NCBI GenBank assembly: GCA_027003075.1
Contig: JALWYV010000005.1
Coordinates: 23,198 to 87,197, forward strand
From: a candidate division WOR-3 bacterium
Lineage (GTDB): Bacteria; Hydrothermota; Hydrothermia; LBFQ01
DNA: 64,000 bases
Reading direction: 5' to 3'
The first letter of the stretch is position 1, and every line of letters starts with the position of its first letter. Position numbers and translations under genes: made by a program. Shown piece after piece: positions 49,169 through 59,781 of the stretch. The notes below the pieces were generated by a model, which was not told the origin of the DNA, did no database searches, and worked only from the letters and a program-made list of their open reading frames with translations.

Positions 49169-49888
49169 TCAGGATTTATGGGTGAGACGTCTGAGGTAAT
49201 CCCAATCCGTGAGGTCAAGGCTCAGAGGAGAGACGGATACGTACAGGTTCAGGACAGCCCAGACGTCCGACCCCTCCTTAACGGTGAATATTGGCTTCCC
49301 CCCTATGGTGTAGGTGCCGTCTCCGTTCCTCTTAACCGGTCTTTCGTACGTACGGTTCCCGAGGTAGGTCCACATCTTTCCCCGGAGCATACCGTAGGGT
49401 ACCGAAGGGAAGTTCACGGAGAGCAGGCGGAAGTCCCTCCTCCCTGCAAACTCCAGAAGTACATCGCGGGTCACCTTCTCGGCCGTATCCCAGTGCATCT
49501 CCTCCTGCCTCTCCATGGATAGGGCTATGGAGGGGACGCCGTAGAGCGCCCCTTCACGGGCTGCGGAGACCGTTCCGGAGTAGAAGACGTCCTCGGCGAG
49601 GTTGTACCCCGCGTTCACGCCTGAGAGGACGAGGTCCGGCCACTCGGGGAGTATCTCAAACAAGGCTATGAGGACGGAATCAACTGGGGACCCGTTGACG
49701 GCGTACGTACGCCTATCTATTCGGGTTACCTGAATGTTCCGGCGCATCGTAAGGCTATGGCTGGCGGCACTCATCTCCTCCGTAGGAGCCACGACCCACA
49801 CGTCGCCGAAGTCGGAGGCCACGTCTGCAAGTACCTTTATGCCGGGGGCGTGGACGCCGTCGTCGTTGGTTACCAGTATGGTCGGCAC
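49169..49888 (-). CDS. surE: 5'/3'-nucleotidase SurE
   Basis: ILVTNDDG, SGVNAGYN, YSGTVSAA. Confidence 0.96.
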   Translation of the reverse strand: MPTILVTNDDGVHAPGIKVLADVASDFGDVWVVAPTEEMSAASHSLTMRRNIQVTRIDRRTYAVNGSPVDSVLIALFEILPEWPDLVLSGVNAGYNLAEDVFYSGTVSAAREGALYGVPSIALSMERQEEMHWDTAEKVTRDVLLEFAGRRDFRLLSVNFPSVPYGMLRGKMWTYLGNRTYERPVKRNGDGTYTIGGKPIFTVKEGSDVWAVLNLYVSVSPLSLDLTDWDYLRRLTHKS

Positions 49889-50101
49889 GGCGTGTATTCT
49901 AAGCGGAAAACGACCTTACCGAATACCCGGCCGGGAAATAATCAGTTTAAATTGGAGAAATTTACAGCGATCGTGGTCTCCGATATGTGCAAAATTATCC
50001 TTCACCATTCCCGGTAATTTTGCATAAAATTGAATAATTGTTTTTTATGATCAAATTGCATAATATTACCTTTCACATATATTCCCCTTTATACTACCTT
50101 C

Positions 50102-52045
50102 ATGTTGATTCTCATCGTTTTTCCAGATGCTTACAACATGGAAATTGTTAACACCGTATCCTACGGTGAGGTAAGAACCACGAAGTACTCCGGAATGATA
50201 GGAGGGGGAGGGGAACTCTTATTTGCAGGATACGGAGGAACCGTAGGTATCTTTTCCCCACCCTTCTCCCCGGTGAAACTCTCAGAGATATTCACATCGG
50301 GTGTAGTTCGTTCTTTTAAAGAGCGTAACGGGAACCTTTACGTAGCCCTGGGAAAGAGCGGATACGAGGTATGGCAGATAGGTGATGCCACAAGTCCGTC
50401 CCTTTTACATCGGGGGTCACCTCCGTGTGGTTTTACCACAGATGTGGAAGCGGTATCCGGGCGGACGTTTGTGGGTACGTTATGCGGCGTGTTCGTGTAC
50501 GACTCCACCTTTTCGCTGGTCGGATCTTTTGATATGGCCGTATCGGGTATTCTTTCTCACGGTGAGAACTTAATCCTGTTGGGGGATAGCATTCTGACTG
50601 TGGATTTCTCGGATCCTTCCTATCCCGTAGTAATAGGAAGGGACACCGTACCCTATGGAATAAGCGTGGGAAAGGTATGGAGAGACTATCTGTACGTCCT
50701 GAGTGGTGACACGGCATTGTACATATACTCCCTGCCTGACCTTACCCTGTGGGCCTCCCACTATCTGGTGGCACCATCCTCGGATTTCGTCGTAAACGAC
50801 ACGCTTCTGGTTGGCGCTAGCCCCCGGGGGGCAGTGCTTTACCTATACGCTCTTACCTCACCTACAGACCTTACCTATCTGGAGACGGATACCATAAGTA
50901 CTCACGGATACGACACCGTCCGAACCATGGCCATGGATGGGGATCACGTATATCTAACCGGGAGGATCAACCTGGAGAACAGTCTGGTCATATTTGATAG
51001 GGATACGGTTAAACGTGTACTGTTACCCGAAATTCTGGGGGAACCTGACTTTGCAGACAACTTCATGTACCTCCCCCTTAACGTGGGAGTGGGGGTAGTG
51101 GACATCACGGATCCCGGTGATCTGGCGGTTGTAGGATATCTGAACCCCAGAGGGTACCCGTACGTCGTACGATGGGGTTCCGGGAACCGTGTCTTAGTCG
51201 TAGCCTCCGTCCTTAAGGACAGTACGTTCTTCTACGATCTTTCAGACCCCGGAAATCCTGTTTTACTCTCCTCAATGGGAACTCAACTTCAATGCCTTGA
51301 CACCATAAACGGTACGGGATCGTGCCCGTATCGGGCGAGTAAGGACTCAATCTTTTATCTGGGAGATAACAGGAACCATGGTTACATACTGGATATATCA
51401 ACCTCTCCACCTACCCACATAGGTTCCTATCCGGACCTGTCCGGAGGACACATGGACGTATCTGGAAACCTTATGCTGGTCTCTACGGCCCTTTACGATG
51501 TGAGCGATCCGGGAACACCTACCTATATCACCTATCTTGTAATAATAGACTTTGGAGGAAGGATCGTAGACAATGCTGTAGTTGACACTTTTGCTTTTTC
51601 GTCGTATATTGATCCTTATCTCAATATTAGCGATATGTTCGTTCACGGAATATCTGACCCTTTTTCCCCAAGTTATCTGTCTCCCCCTGTCAGCGGTCGC
51701 TTCATAGACGCCCGAAACGATACCCTCATAACGGAGAGGAAGAACGGGGTTGTGGTACAAAGTCTCAGGACATGGGACACCGTCGCGTACTACCTTTTCC
51801 CGGAAGACCTGTCTCCGAACGGGGTGAGATTTCATAATATGTACATATATGCTACGTTCCGGGATAGAGGACTAAATATCTTCACGTTCCCTGCACCGTT
51901 GAATTCCTATGAGAGAAGGGATAACAGGTTGAAAAAAGGGTGTTTGAAAGCTTATGACGTTTCCGGAAGGCTGGTGAGGAAGGGATACAGAGGTGTGGTG
52001 TTCTGCCGGGACGGTAAGAGTTTCCGTAAGTTTATAAGGAGGTAG
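50102..52045 (+). CDS. LVIVD-repeat beta-propeller protein with a T9SS-like C-terminal tail
   Basis: Repeated VD(I/F)SDP..P motifs; C-terminus AYDVSGRLVRKGYRGVVF...RKFIRR. Confidence 0.75.
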   Translation: MLILIVFPDAYNMEIVNTVSYGEVRTTKYSGMIGGGGELLFAGYGGTVGIFSPPFSPVKLSEIFTSGVVRSFKERNGNLYVALGKSGYEVWQIGDATSPSLLHRGSPPCGFTTDVEAVSGRTFVGTLCGVFVYDSTFSLVGSFDMAVSGILSHGENLILLGDSILTVDFSDPSYPVVIGRDTVPYGISVGKVWRDYLYVLSGDTALYIYSLPDLTLWASHYLVAPSSDFVVNDTLLVGASPRGAVLYLYALTSPTDLTYLETDTISTHGYDTVRTMAMDGDHVYLTGRINLENSLVIFDRDTVKRVLLPEILGEPDFADNFMYLPLNVGVGVVDITDPGDLAVVGYLNPRGYPYVVRWGSGNRVLVVASVLKDSTFFYDLSDPGNPVLLSSMGTQLQCLDTINGTGSCPYRASKDSIFYLGDNRNHGYILDISTSPPTHIGSYPDLSGGHMDVSGNLMLVSTALYDVSDPGTPTYITYLVIIDFGGRIVDNAVVDTFAFSSYIDPYLNISDMFVHGISDPFSPSYLSPPVSGRFIDARNDTLITERKNGVVVQSLRTWDTVAYYLFPEDLSPNGVRFHNMYIYATFRDRGLNIFTFPAPLNSYERRDNRLKKGCLKAYDVSGRLVRKGYRGVVFCRDGKSFRKFIRR

Positions 52046-52176
52046 ACCCGGATAGCCCTCCAGAGATAAGTGTGCCCCGGATTTGGGGAATAGAGACAGA
52101 ACGAACGTCGTTTAAGGGAAAGAATTCCAGAAATTCTGCATGAGGTCGGGAGGGTCGTCCGTAAAATTTAAAAACC

Positions 52177-54114
52177 ATGACAGCATTACCTTTTAAAGAG
52201 TACGTAAAAGTTGAAGGCTGGGACTTCGTTGAGCCTGAGGAGTACCTCAAGGCTCATACCGAAACTTTAACACCGGAGTTCTGGCTTGATGTGGCTCAGG
52301 ATCTGGACTGGTTCGTGAAACCCACCAGAGCATTAGAGGGAGATCCGCCCTTTTACAAATGGTTTACCGACGGCAAACTTAACATGTCCTACCTCGCCCT
52401 TGACCGCCACGTAAAGAAAGGCAGGAAGAACAAGGTCGCCCTCTACTGGCTTGGTGAGGACGGCACGGAGAGGGTCCTGACCTATTACGAGTACTACAGG
52501 CTCGTCAACCGTCTCGCCTACGCCTTTCAGAACAAGTGGGGACTGAAGAAGGGGGACAGGGTGGCCATATACATGCCCATGATACCGGAACTTCCGGCCG
52601 TGATGCTGGCTCTGGCCCGTCTCGGTGTAATATTCTCCGTCGTCTTCTCCGGATTTTCGGCCAACGCCCTCGCCGACCGCATAAAGGACAGTGGAGCGAG
52701 GTACCTCATAACCGCAGACGGCTACTACAGGCGTGGGAAGAAGATCCTCCTTGAGGAGAACGTACGAAAGGCCACGGAGATGGCCCCCGTTGAAAACATC
52801 CTCGTGTTTGAGAGGCTCAAAGGGGTCTGGAACTTCAGGGAGGGAGACGTATCGGGTGAAGACTTCATCAGGGACGTACCTCTCAACACGTACGTTGAAC
52901 CTATACCCGTAGAGTCAGAACATATCCTCTTCATCCTCTACACGTCCGGGACCACAGGTAAGCCCAAGGGAATAGTCCACGATACGGGTGGGTACGCCGT
53001 CCTGCTTCACGCCACGTTGAACTGGGTGTTTGACGCGAGGGAAGACGACGTCTTCTGGTGTGCTGCGGACGTGGGCTGGATTACCGGCCACTCCTATATC
53101 GTATTCGGCCCCTTCATGGAGGGACTTACCAGTGTAATGTACGAGGGCGTTCCCAACTGGCCCGACCCCGGAATATGGTGGAGCGTAGTGGAGAGGTACG
53201 GCGTCACCATATTCTACACCTCACCGACGGCCATAAGGCTCCTGATGAGGTACCCCGACGAGTACGTTGAGAAGTACGACCTCTCCACCCTCAGGGTACT
53301 CCACTCCGTCGGTGAGCCTATAAACCCGGAGGCCTGGTGGTGGTACTTTGAGAAGGTGGGAAAGCGCAGGTGTCCCGTCGGCTCAACGTGGTGGATGACG
53401 GAAACGGGCGGCGTTATGATCTCCCACACACCCGGCTGGAAGCTCGTACCCCTGAAACCCGGAACGAACGGTTATCCCATACCCGGCGTGAAAGCGGCGG
53501 TCGTAAAACCCGATGGCAGTGAGGCCTCTCCGGGAGAGAGGGGGTACCTCGTACTTACCCGACCCTGGCCCGGTATGCTCATGACCGTATGGGGAGACGA
53601 CGAGAGGTATATAAAGACGTACTGGGAAAAGTTCCCCGGCAGGTTCTACACCGGAGACTACGCCATAATGGACGAGGACGGGTACATCTGGGTCCTCGGA
53701 AGGGCGGACGAGGTTATGAACGTGGCCGGCCACCGCCTCGGCACCTACGAGATAGAGTCCGCCATCGTGGAGCATGAGGCCGTCAGCGAAGCCGCCGTCG
53801 TGGGCGTGCCGGACGAGGTAAAGGGGGAGGTACCCGTTGTCTTCGTCGTACTGAAGGAGGGGTACGAGCCTTCGGAGGGCCTTAAGAAGGAGATAAAGGA
53901 TACCGTGAGGGAGATCCTCAGCCCCATAGCCGTACCGAAGGAGGTCGTATTCGTGTCCAAACTCCCCAAGACCCGGTCCGGAAAGATAATGCGCCGCCTC
54001 CTAAGGGCGGTCTTCCTCGGCAAGCCACTCGGGGACGTTACCACGCTTGAGGACGAAGCCTCCGTGGAGGAGGTGAAGAAGGCGTACGAGCATCTGAAGG
54101 GAGAGTTGGGTTAG
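52177..54114 (+). CDS. acs: Acetyl-CoA synthetase
   Basis: YTSGTTGKPKG, ADVGWITGHSY, SVGEPINPEAW, LPKTRSGKIMRR. Confidence 0.96.
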   Translation: MTALPFKEYVKVEGWDFVEPEEYLKAHTETLTPEFWLDVAQDLDWFVKPTRALEGDPPFYKWFTDGKLNMSYLALDRHVKKGRKNKVALYWLGEDGTERVLTYYEYYRLVNRLAYAFQNKWGLKKGDRVAIYMPMIPELPAVMLALARLGVIFSVVFSGFSANALADRIKDSGARYLITADGYYRRGKKILLEENVRKATEMAPVENILVFERLKGVWNFREGDVSGEDFIRDVPLNTYVEPIPVESEHILFILYTSGTTGKPKGIVHDTGGYAVLLHATLNWVFDAREDDVFWCAADVGWITGHSYIVFGPFMEGLTSVMYEGVPNWPDPGIWWSVVERYGVTIFYTSPTAIRLLMRYPDEYVEKYDLSTLRVLHSVGEPINPEAWWWYFEKVGKRRCPVGSTWWMTETGGVMISHTPGWKLVPLKPGTNGYPIPGVKAAVVKPDGSEASPGERGYLVLTRPWPGMLMTVWGDDERYIKTYWEKFPGRFYTGDYAIMDEDGYIWVLGRADEVMNVAGHRLGTYEIESAIVEHEAVSEAAVVGVPDEVKGEVPVVFVVLKEGYEPSEGLKKEIKDTVREILSPIAVPKEVVFVSKLPKTRSGKIMRRLLRAVFLGKPLGDVTTLEDEASVEEVKKAYEHLKGELG

Positions 54115-54142
54115 ACAGCCCGTACCCCTTAGAATAGCAGGA

Positions 54143-54943
54143 GTGAGGAAGTTTAGCGTTTTTACGATCGTTCTGATGTTTCCTTTGCTTCTCGCAGGGG
54201 AAACGGGAAAGGGTAACGTTCTGGACATCCTTCACGCACGTATGCTCTCGGACTCTGCGGGCGAAAGGATAAACGATTTGGGATCGGCCAGAAAGATGCA
54301 GGAGGCCTGCTCCCTCTCGGAGGAGGTAAAGAACGAAGCGGGAATACTCCTATCGTGTGGGGTGTTGGCCTTTCAGAGGGCGGCAGAAAAGGAATACGGG
54401 GAAGCGGACAGTCTCTACAACAGGGTCCTGAAGGTTCTCAGGGGTACGGATCTATCTGAGGAGAGGAAGAAGGAGTACGTATGGAGGATCTCAGACATGC
54501 TGGCCTTCGCCCATCTGGAGACCGGGAACTACACGGGGGCGTTGAAATACTACCGGATCGCCCTTGATAACTTCAGCCCAGTGTTCGGGGATACCCTCTA
54601 CGAGGCCTACGCCTACAACCGCATGGGTATGGCCTACCACCGGGCCGGAGAGTACGACAGGGCGGAGGAGTACTACCGTAGGGCTCTGAAAGCGGCGGGA
54701 AAGGGGGAGATGGTCGCCCGGATATACAACAACCTCGGCATGCTCTACTACGACCGCATAAACTACTCTAAGGCTCTGGAATACCTGCGGAAGGCCGAAA
54801 GGGTCCTGAAAGAGAGCGTCGGCGATAAGGCGAAGCAACTCGCCTACGTGTACGGTAACATGGCGGACGTATGCGAGGCTAAAGGGGATAGCACAAAGGC
54901 GAAGGAGTACAGGGAAAAGGCCCGGAGGATAGGGCAGCAGTAA
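54143..54943 (+). CDS. Exported TPR protein
   Basis: Canonical signal peptide; TPRs AYNRMGMAY, IYNNLGMLY. Confidence 0.8.
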   Translation: MRKFSVFTIVLMFPLLLAGETGKGNVLDILHARMLSDSAGERINDLGSARKMQEACSLSEEVKNEAGILLSCGVLAFQRAAEKEYGEADSLYNRVLKVLRGTDLSEERKKEYVWRISDMLAFAHLETGNYTGALKYYRIALDNFSPVFGDTLYEAYAYNRMGMAYHRAGEYDRAEEYYRRALKAAGKGEMVARIYNNLGMLYYDRINYSKALEYLRKAERVLKESVGDKAKQLAYVYGNMADVCEAKGDSTKAKEYREKARRIGQQ

Positions 54944-54985
54944 GGTAGCCGTAAGTGGTCAGATGGCATCCGTAGAATAGTCCGG

Positions 54986-55438
54986 ATGCTTGAACGCCTT
55001 AAAGGTTTACTTCTGGACATCCTCAACAGGAAGGGCCTTTCGCCCATCGTGATGGTGGACAACGGTAAGATGTTCGGCGTCCAGTTCGTGGCGAGGGACG
55101 TCCTCTTCTCTGTACACATAGTACCCACCGGCCTTGACAAACTCCCCTACGCCGTCGTCCTCAACTCACCCGCCGTCGTGGGACTTCCCATAAACACGGA
55201 CGTTCTCCTCGCAATCCTCCAGATAAACCTCCAGATACCCATAGGGGCCTTCGGTTACATGAACGGTACCCTGATATACAAGCACTCCATAACCGACAAC
55301 GACCTGACCGACGAAGAGCTGGACAGGATCATAGACATAGCCATAAACGTGGTGAATATCCATGCCAACGGCATAGTTAACACCTTCGGCGGGCGTCTCG
55401 CCCTTGACTTCCCGCCCGGATTTGAGCTGAAGGCATGA
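54986..55438 (+). CDS. YbjN/T3SS-chaperone-like protein
   Basis: LLAILQINLQIPIGAFGY..LIYKHSI pattern. Confidence 0.55.
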   Translation: MLERLKGLLLDILNRKGLSPIVMVDNGKMFGVQFVARDVLFSVHIVPTGLDKLPYAVVLNSPAVVGLPINTDVLLAILQINLQIPIGAFGYMNGTLIYKHSITDNDLTDEELDRIIDIAINVVNIHANGIVNTFGGRLALDFPPGFELKA

Positions 55439-56340
55439 GGGAGATTCCGGTACTCGTCGGACCCACGGCGAGCGGAAAGACCGAGATAGCCGTAAAACTG
55501 GCCGAGGAAATGGGGGCGGTGGTCGTAAACGCCGACAGCAGGAAACTCTACAGGCACCTTGACGTTGGTACGGCGAAACCACCGGTAGAGTACCGCCACC
55601 TTTACAGGCTTCTGGATATTCTGGAACCCTGCGAGGAGTTCTCCGCCCACGCGTGGGCCCGTCTGGCCGAAAGGGAGATAGACGAGGTCCTCAGGGAGGG
55701 GAGACCCGTATTCTTAGAGGGGGCCAGCGTTCTCTACCTCAGGGCGCTCTTCTTCGGTTTCTTCCCACAGCCGGATATACCGGAGGAGATAAGAGAACGG
55801 GCTAAGGCTCTCGCCGAAAGCGGTGAGGGGTACCGCATCCTGACTGAGAGGGATCCGGAGACGGCCGAAAAGGTCCATCCCCACGACCTCTACCGCATAT
55901 CGCGGGCCCTTGAGATACTGCTGGCCACGGGAAAGCCCATATCGTGGTGGAGGAAACAGAAGGAGACACCGAAGTACAGGGGTGTGTTCGTATACGTGGA
56001 CGTGCCGAGGGAGATACTCTACCGGCGTATAGAGGAGCGGGCGCGGAGGATGTTCCTTGAAGAGGGCCTGATTGAGGAGACGAGAAAGGTTCTGGAGATG
56101 TACCCGTGCTTTCGGGAGTGGGGGAAGAAGGTCATAGCCTACAGGCAGGCCATAGAGTACCTTGAAGGGAAGTACGACCTTGAGACGGCCATAAGGAAGA
56201 AGGCGAAGGCGGACAAGGTCCTATCCCGCAGACAGAGGAGGTTCATGAGGAGTTTGAAGCCTTTAATCGTCGTGAGCCGGGAGGAGGCCTACGAAAGGAT
56301 GAAGGAGTTACTGGCGGGTTTCCCCGGATCTCCCGTTTAA
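55435..56340 (+). CDS. miaA: tRNA dimethylallyltransferase
   Basis: GPTASGKT, NADSRKLY..LDVGTAKP, HPHDLYRISRALE. Confidence 0.95.
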   Translation: MREIPVLVGPTASGKTEIAVKLAEEMGAVVVNADSRKLYRHLDVGTAKPPVEYRHLYRLLDILEPCEEFSAHAWARLAEREIDEVLREGRPVFLEGASVLYLRALFFGFFPQPDIPEEIRERAKALAESGEGYRILTERDPETAEKVHPHDLYRISRALEILLATGKPISWWRKQKETPKYRGVFVYVDVPREILYRRIEERARRMFLEEGLIEETRKVLEMYPCFREWGKKVIAYRQAIEYLEGKYDLETAIRKKAKADKVLSRRQRRFMRSLKPLIVVSREEAYERMKELLAGFPGSPV

Positions 56341-56350
56341 AATCTCACCT

Positions 56351-57376
56351 ATGAAGGCAGCCTACATAGAAGAGTTCGGTGGACCCGAGGTAATAAAGTA
56401 CGGGGAACTTCTCACACCGAAGCCGGGACCCTGCGAGGTCCTGGTCCGGGTGAAGGCCGTAAGCGTGAACCATCTGGACGTGTGGGTGCGCAGAGGTATA
56501 TACAAAAACCTCCCCATGCCCCACGTTCTGGGCAGCGATATAGCCGGGGTCGTGGAGGAGGTGGGACCGGGCGTGAAGAACGTAAAACCCGGCCAGAAGG
56601 TCCTTATAAATCCGGGAACGAGTTGCGGCGTGTGTGAGGCCTGCCTATCCGGAAGGGACAACCTGTGTAAGGAGTACAAAATACTCGGAGAACACGTGTG
56701 GGGCGGGTACGCCGAATACGTTAGGGTACCTTCCGCCAACGTACTACCCTATCCGGAGGGCCTTACGTGGGTTGAGGCCGCGGCCGTACCGCTCACCTTC
56801 CTCACGGCGTGGCACGCGGTGGTGACGAAGGGACAGATAAAGCAGGGAGAAACCGTACTCGTGATGTCCGGGGGAGGAGGTGTCGGGAGTGCGGCGGTGC
56901 AGATAGCCAAACTCTTCAACGCCTACGTAATTACGACCGTAGGGTCGGACTGGAAGGTTGAAAAGGCGTACGAACTGGGAGCAGACCTCGTAATAAACTG
57001 GCGTAAGGAGGACATAGAGAAGGTGATAAGGGAGAAGGTCGGCAGGGTTGACCTCGTGATAGACCACACCGGTCAGGAGCATACCCAGAGGCTCATAAAC
57101 GTAACGAAGTGGGGAGGAAGGATAGTCATGTACGGGGCCACGAGCGGGTACAGGGCGCAGATAGACCTGAGGCACATATTTTACCGACAGGTCTCCCTTA
57201 TCGGTTCCACGATGGGAAGTAAGGGGGAACTCTTCAACGTGGTCCGCCTCGTTGAAAAGAGGAAACTCCGTCCGGTCGTATATAAGGTCCTTCCCCTTGA
57301 GCAGGCCCGGGAGGCCCACAGGCTCCTTGAGAGCTTCTCCCCCTTCGGTAAGGTTGTTCTGGAGGTGGATGGATGA
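56351..57376 (+). CDS. Zinc-binding alcohol dehydrogenase (MDR)
   Basis: SCGVCEACLSGRDNLC, GGGGVG, YGATSG. Confidence 0.9.
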   Translation: MKAAYIEEFGGPEVIKYGELLTPKPGPCEVLVRVKAVSVNHLDVWVRRGIYKNLPMPHVLGSDIAGVVEEVGPGVKNVKPGQKVLINPGTSCGVCEACLSGRDNLCKEYKILGEHVWGGYAEYVRVPSANVLPYPEGLTWVEAAAVPLTFLTAWHAVVTKGQIKQGETVLVMSGGGGVGSAAVQIAKLFNAYVITTVGSDWKVEKAYELGADLVINWRKEDIEKVIREKVGRVDLVIDHTGQEHTQRLINVTKWGGRIVMYGATSGYRAQIDLRHIFYRQVSLIGSTMGSKGELFNVVRLVEKRKLRPVVYKVLPLEQAREAHRLLESFSPFGKVVLEVDG

Positions 57377-58299
57377 AGGGTCCTGAACCCTTTTACCTTT
57401 CGGAAGGCACTCTTCACGTCCTTGACCAGAGGGTACTGCCTAAAAGGGTGGTCTACAGGAAGGCCAGAGATGCTTTTGCGGTCGCCCGACTCATAAGGAA
57501 GATGGTGGTGAGGGGCGCCCCGATGATAGGTATAGTGGCCGCCTACGGCCTTTACCTCCAGAGCCTTAAGAATCCGAGGAGGCTCCGGGAGGGCTGGGAA
57601 GCCCTAAAAAGCTCCCGCCCGACGGCCGTCAACCTCCACAACGTCCTTGAGGAGGCCTTACCCCTCGTTGAAAGAGGGGAGTCCCCGGAGGAGTTCCTTG
57701 AGTTCGCCAGAAAAGTTGAGGATAGGGAGAGGAGGATAAACGAGGCCATAGCCGAAAACGGCCTTCAGTTCTTCAACCGCCCTATGAGGGTTCTGACGTA
57801 CTGCAACACGGGTATGTGGGCTACGATGTACCCGGGGACGGCCCTCGGAATAATAAGGTGGGCATACAGGAGGGGACTCGTGAAACACGTCTTCGCTCCG
57901 GAAACTGCCCCTTACATGCAGGGGGCCAGGCTTACCGCCTACGAACTGCAACTTGAAGGTATTCCCTACAACGTGGTCCCCGACAACCACATACCCTTCC
58001 TCATGGAGAGGGGGATGGTGGACATAGCCGTGGTGGGAGCCGACCGCATCACGTCCGACGGGTACGTCTTCAACAAGATAGGGACCCTATCCATAGCCCT
58101 CGCTGCCAAACGCTTCGGCGTTCCCTTCGTAGTCGCTGCACCGAGTACGACGTTTGATCCCAACCCCTACACAAAGGATATTGTCGTAGAGAGGAGAAAG
58201 GACGCACCGAGGGAGGATTACCTTTACTACGCATTTGATATAACGCCCCCCGACCTCGTGGGGGCTATCGTGAGCGAGAAGGGGGTATGGAGACCTTAG
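57373..58299 (+). CDS. mtnA: Methylthioribose-1-phosphate isomerase
   Basis: VRGAPMIG, RPTAVNL, YCNTG, QGARLT, VGADRI, NKIGT, FDITP. Confidence 0.9.
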   Translation: MKGPEPFYLSEGTLHVLDQRVLPKRVVYRKARDAFAVARLIRKMVVRGAPMIGIVAAYGLYLQSLKNPRRLREGWEALKSSRPTAVNLHNVLEEALPLVERGESPEEFLEFARKVEDRERRINEAIAENGLQFFNRPMRVLTYCNTGMWATMYPGTALGIIRWAYRRGLVKHVFAPETAPYMQGARLTAYELQLEGIPYNVVPDNHIPFLMERGMVDIAVVGADRITSDGYVFNKIGTLSIALAAKRFGVPFVVAAPSTTFDPNPYTKDIVVERRKDAPREDYLYYAFDITPPDLVGAIVSEKGVWRP

Positions 58300-59555
58300 C
58301 CCTTTCGCTGATCGGGGGACTTCTGGGGGCGCTAATAACCCTGATCCTCCTCTATATGGGTCCCGTAAGGGGTCTGGGTGTGGCCGTATTCGTGATAATC
58401 ATGGTCCTCACGCTGTTCCTCCCCTTCCTCTCCTACCTGATACTGATCGTCTTCAAGCCGATCGTGGACTCCCTGTACACGGTCAGGTTCTCCTTCCTGA
58501 AGCTCACCCACCTGTTTTCCGTTTACTCCATAGCCATATGGGGGGTATTTCTCGTACTCAGGAGAGCCATACGCAACCCCATAACCTACCTTGACGTCGC
58601 CCACTTATTACTCCTCGCACCCGTTCCCTTCGTACTGCTCTTTTCGCCCAACATAGGAGGTATAGACCTCGCCCTGCGCATCCTATCCGGATGGGGGTTC
58701 TACTTCATGGCGAGGGAGATTGACCTGAAAAACGCCCGCTGGATAGAGCTGGCCTTCCTCCTTTCCATCCTGTTTCCGATGATAACCGGCCTCCTTTCCG
58801 TCCTCGGTTATTTTCCCGACGGCTTTCAGGAAGGGGCCTTTGAGAGGTTGAAGGGGCCCTACCACGACGCCACGGCCTTCGGCTTTGAACTCGTTCCGGG
58901 CTTTCTCGTCCTCCTCCACCGTCTGGGGCGGAGGTTCAATCCCGTTGAGTTCGTCCTCGTTCTGGCCACGGTCTACCTCTTCTATCGCACGTATACCCGC
59001 GCCCTGTGGATCTCCGTGGTTCTGTCCTCCGTGGTGGTCGTCCTCCGAAAGGAGGCTAAGGGGAACCGTTTGCCACTCCTTATTCTCCTTGGCATCTTAG
59101 TGGTCGGATTTATCGCCTTTTATCCCGAAATATCCGCCCGTTTTGCCCAGCACGGTCTGGGTACGGATCCCGACTCCTTCAACGGAAGGATGATCATATG
59201 GCAGGACGGTTTCAGGCGGTTCTTTTCCCTCAACCCGATAGCCACCTTTTTCGGTCTGATCACTACAGGAAAACCAATGGGTCTTTACCTCCACAACACC
59301 TACCTCGTCTTTCTCATAGACATGGGCATATTCGGCTTTACCGTATTTACAATATGGCTGCTCAACGTTATCCGGTTTGCCCTCTCGTGTAAGGGTACGT
59401 ACTCCGGGTTACTCAGGGCGTCCCTCGTGTTCGTCCTCGTGAGCGGTATAACGAGCGGGGGGATCCTCTACCCCAACTTTCAGTGGTTCTTCCTTACCGT
59501 ACTGGGTCTTGCGATGAACGACCACGTTAGCAGGCTAAGGTCTTCGTCCGTATAA
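58287..59555 (+). CDS. O-antigen ligase/Wzy-like membrane protein
   Basis: About 11 TM segments; TYTRALW, GRMIIW, LHNTYL..DMGIFG. Confidence 0.8.
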   Translation: METLALSLIGGLLGALITLILLYMGPVRGLGVAVFVIIMVLTLFLPFLSYLILIVFKPIVDSLYTVRFSFLKLTHLFSVYSIAIWGVFLVLRRAIRNPITYLDVAHLLLLAPVPFVLLFSPNIGGIDLALRILSGWGFYFMAREIDLKNARWIELAFLLSILFPMITGLLSVLGYFPDGFQEGAFERLKGPYHDATAFGFELVPGFLVLLHRLGRRFNPVEFVLVLATVYLFYRTYTRALWISVVLSSVVVVLRKEAKGNRLPLLILLGILVVGFIAFYPEISARFAQHGLGTDPDSFNGRMIIWQDGFRRFFSLNPIATFFGLITTGKPMGLYLHNTYLVFLIDMGIFGFTVFTIWLLNVIRFALSCKGTYSGLLRASLVFVLVSGITSGGILYPNFQWFFLTVLGLAMNDHVSRLRSSSV

Positions 59556-59564
59556 TCCCCGCTT

Positions 59565-59774
59565 ATGCCCAAGGTAGGAGTAAGGAAACAGGAAGGCGAG
59601 ACCTTTGAGTCCATGCTGAGGAGGTTCAAGAAGCTCGTAGGCAGGGAGGGTATACTCAACGACTACCGTCGTCATCTCGTCTACGAAAAGCCCTCCGAGA
59701 TCCGTAAGAAGAAGGAGGCCATGAAGTGGAGGAAGATCCGGAGGAAACTCATGAAGATGATGGAGGAAGACTGA
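59565..59774 (+). CDS. rpsU: 30S ribosomal protein S21
   Basis: FESMLRRFKK, YEKPSEIRKKK. Confidence 0.93.
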   Translation: MPKVGVRKQEGETFESMLRRFKKLVGREGILNDYRRHLVYEKPSEIRKKKEAMKWRKIRRKLMKMMEED

Positions 59775-59781
59775 CCTCCGG

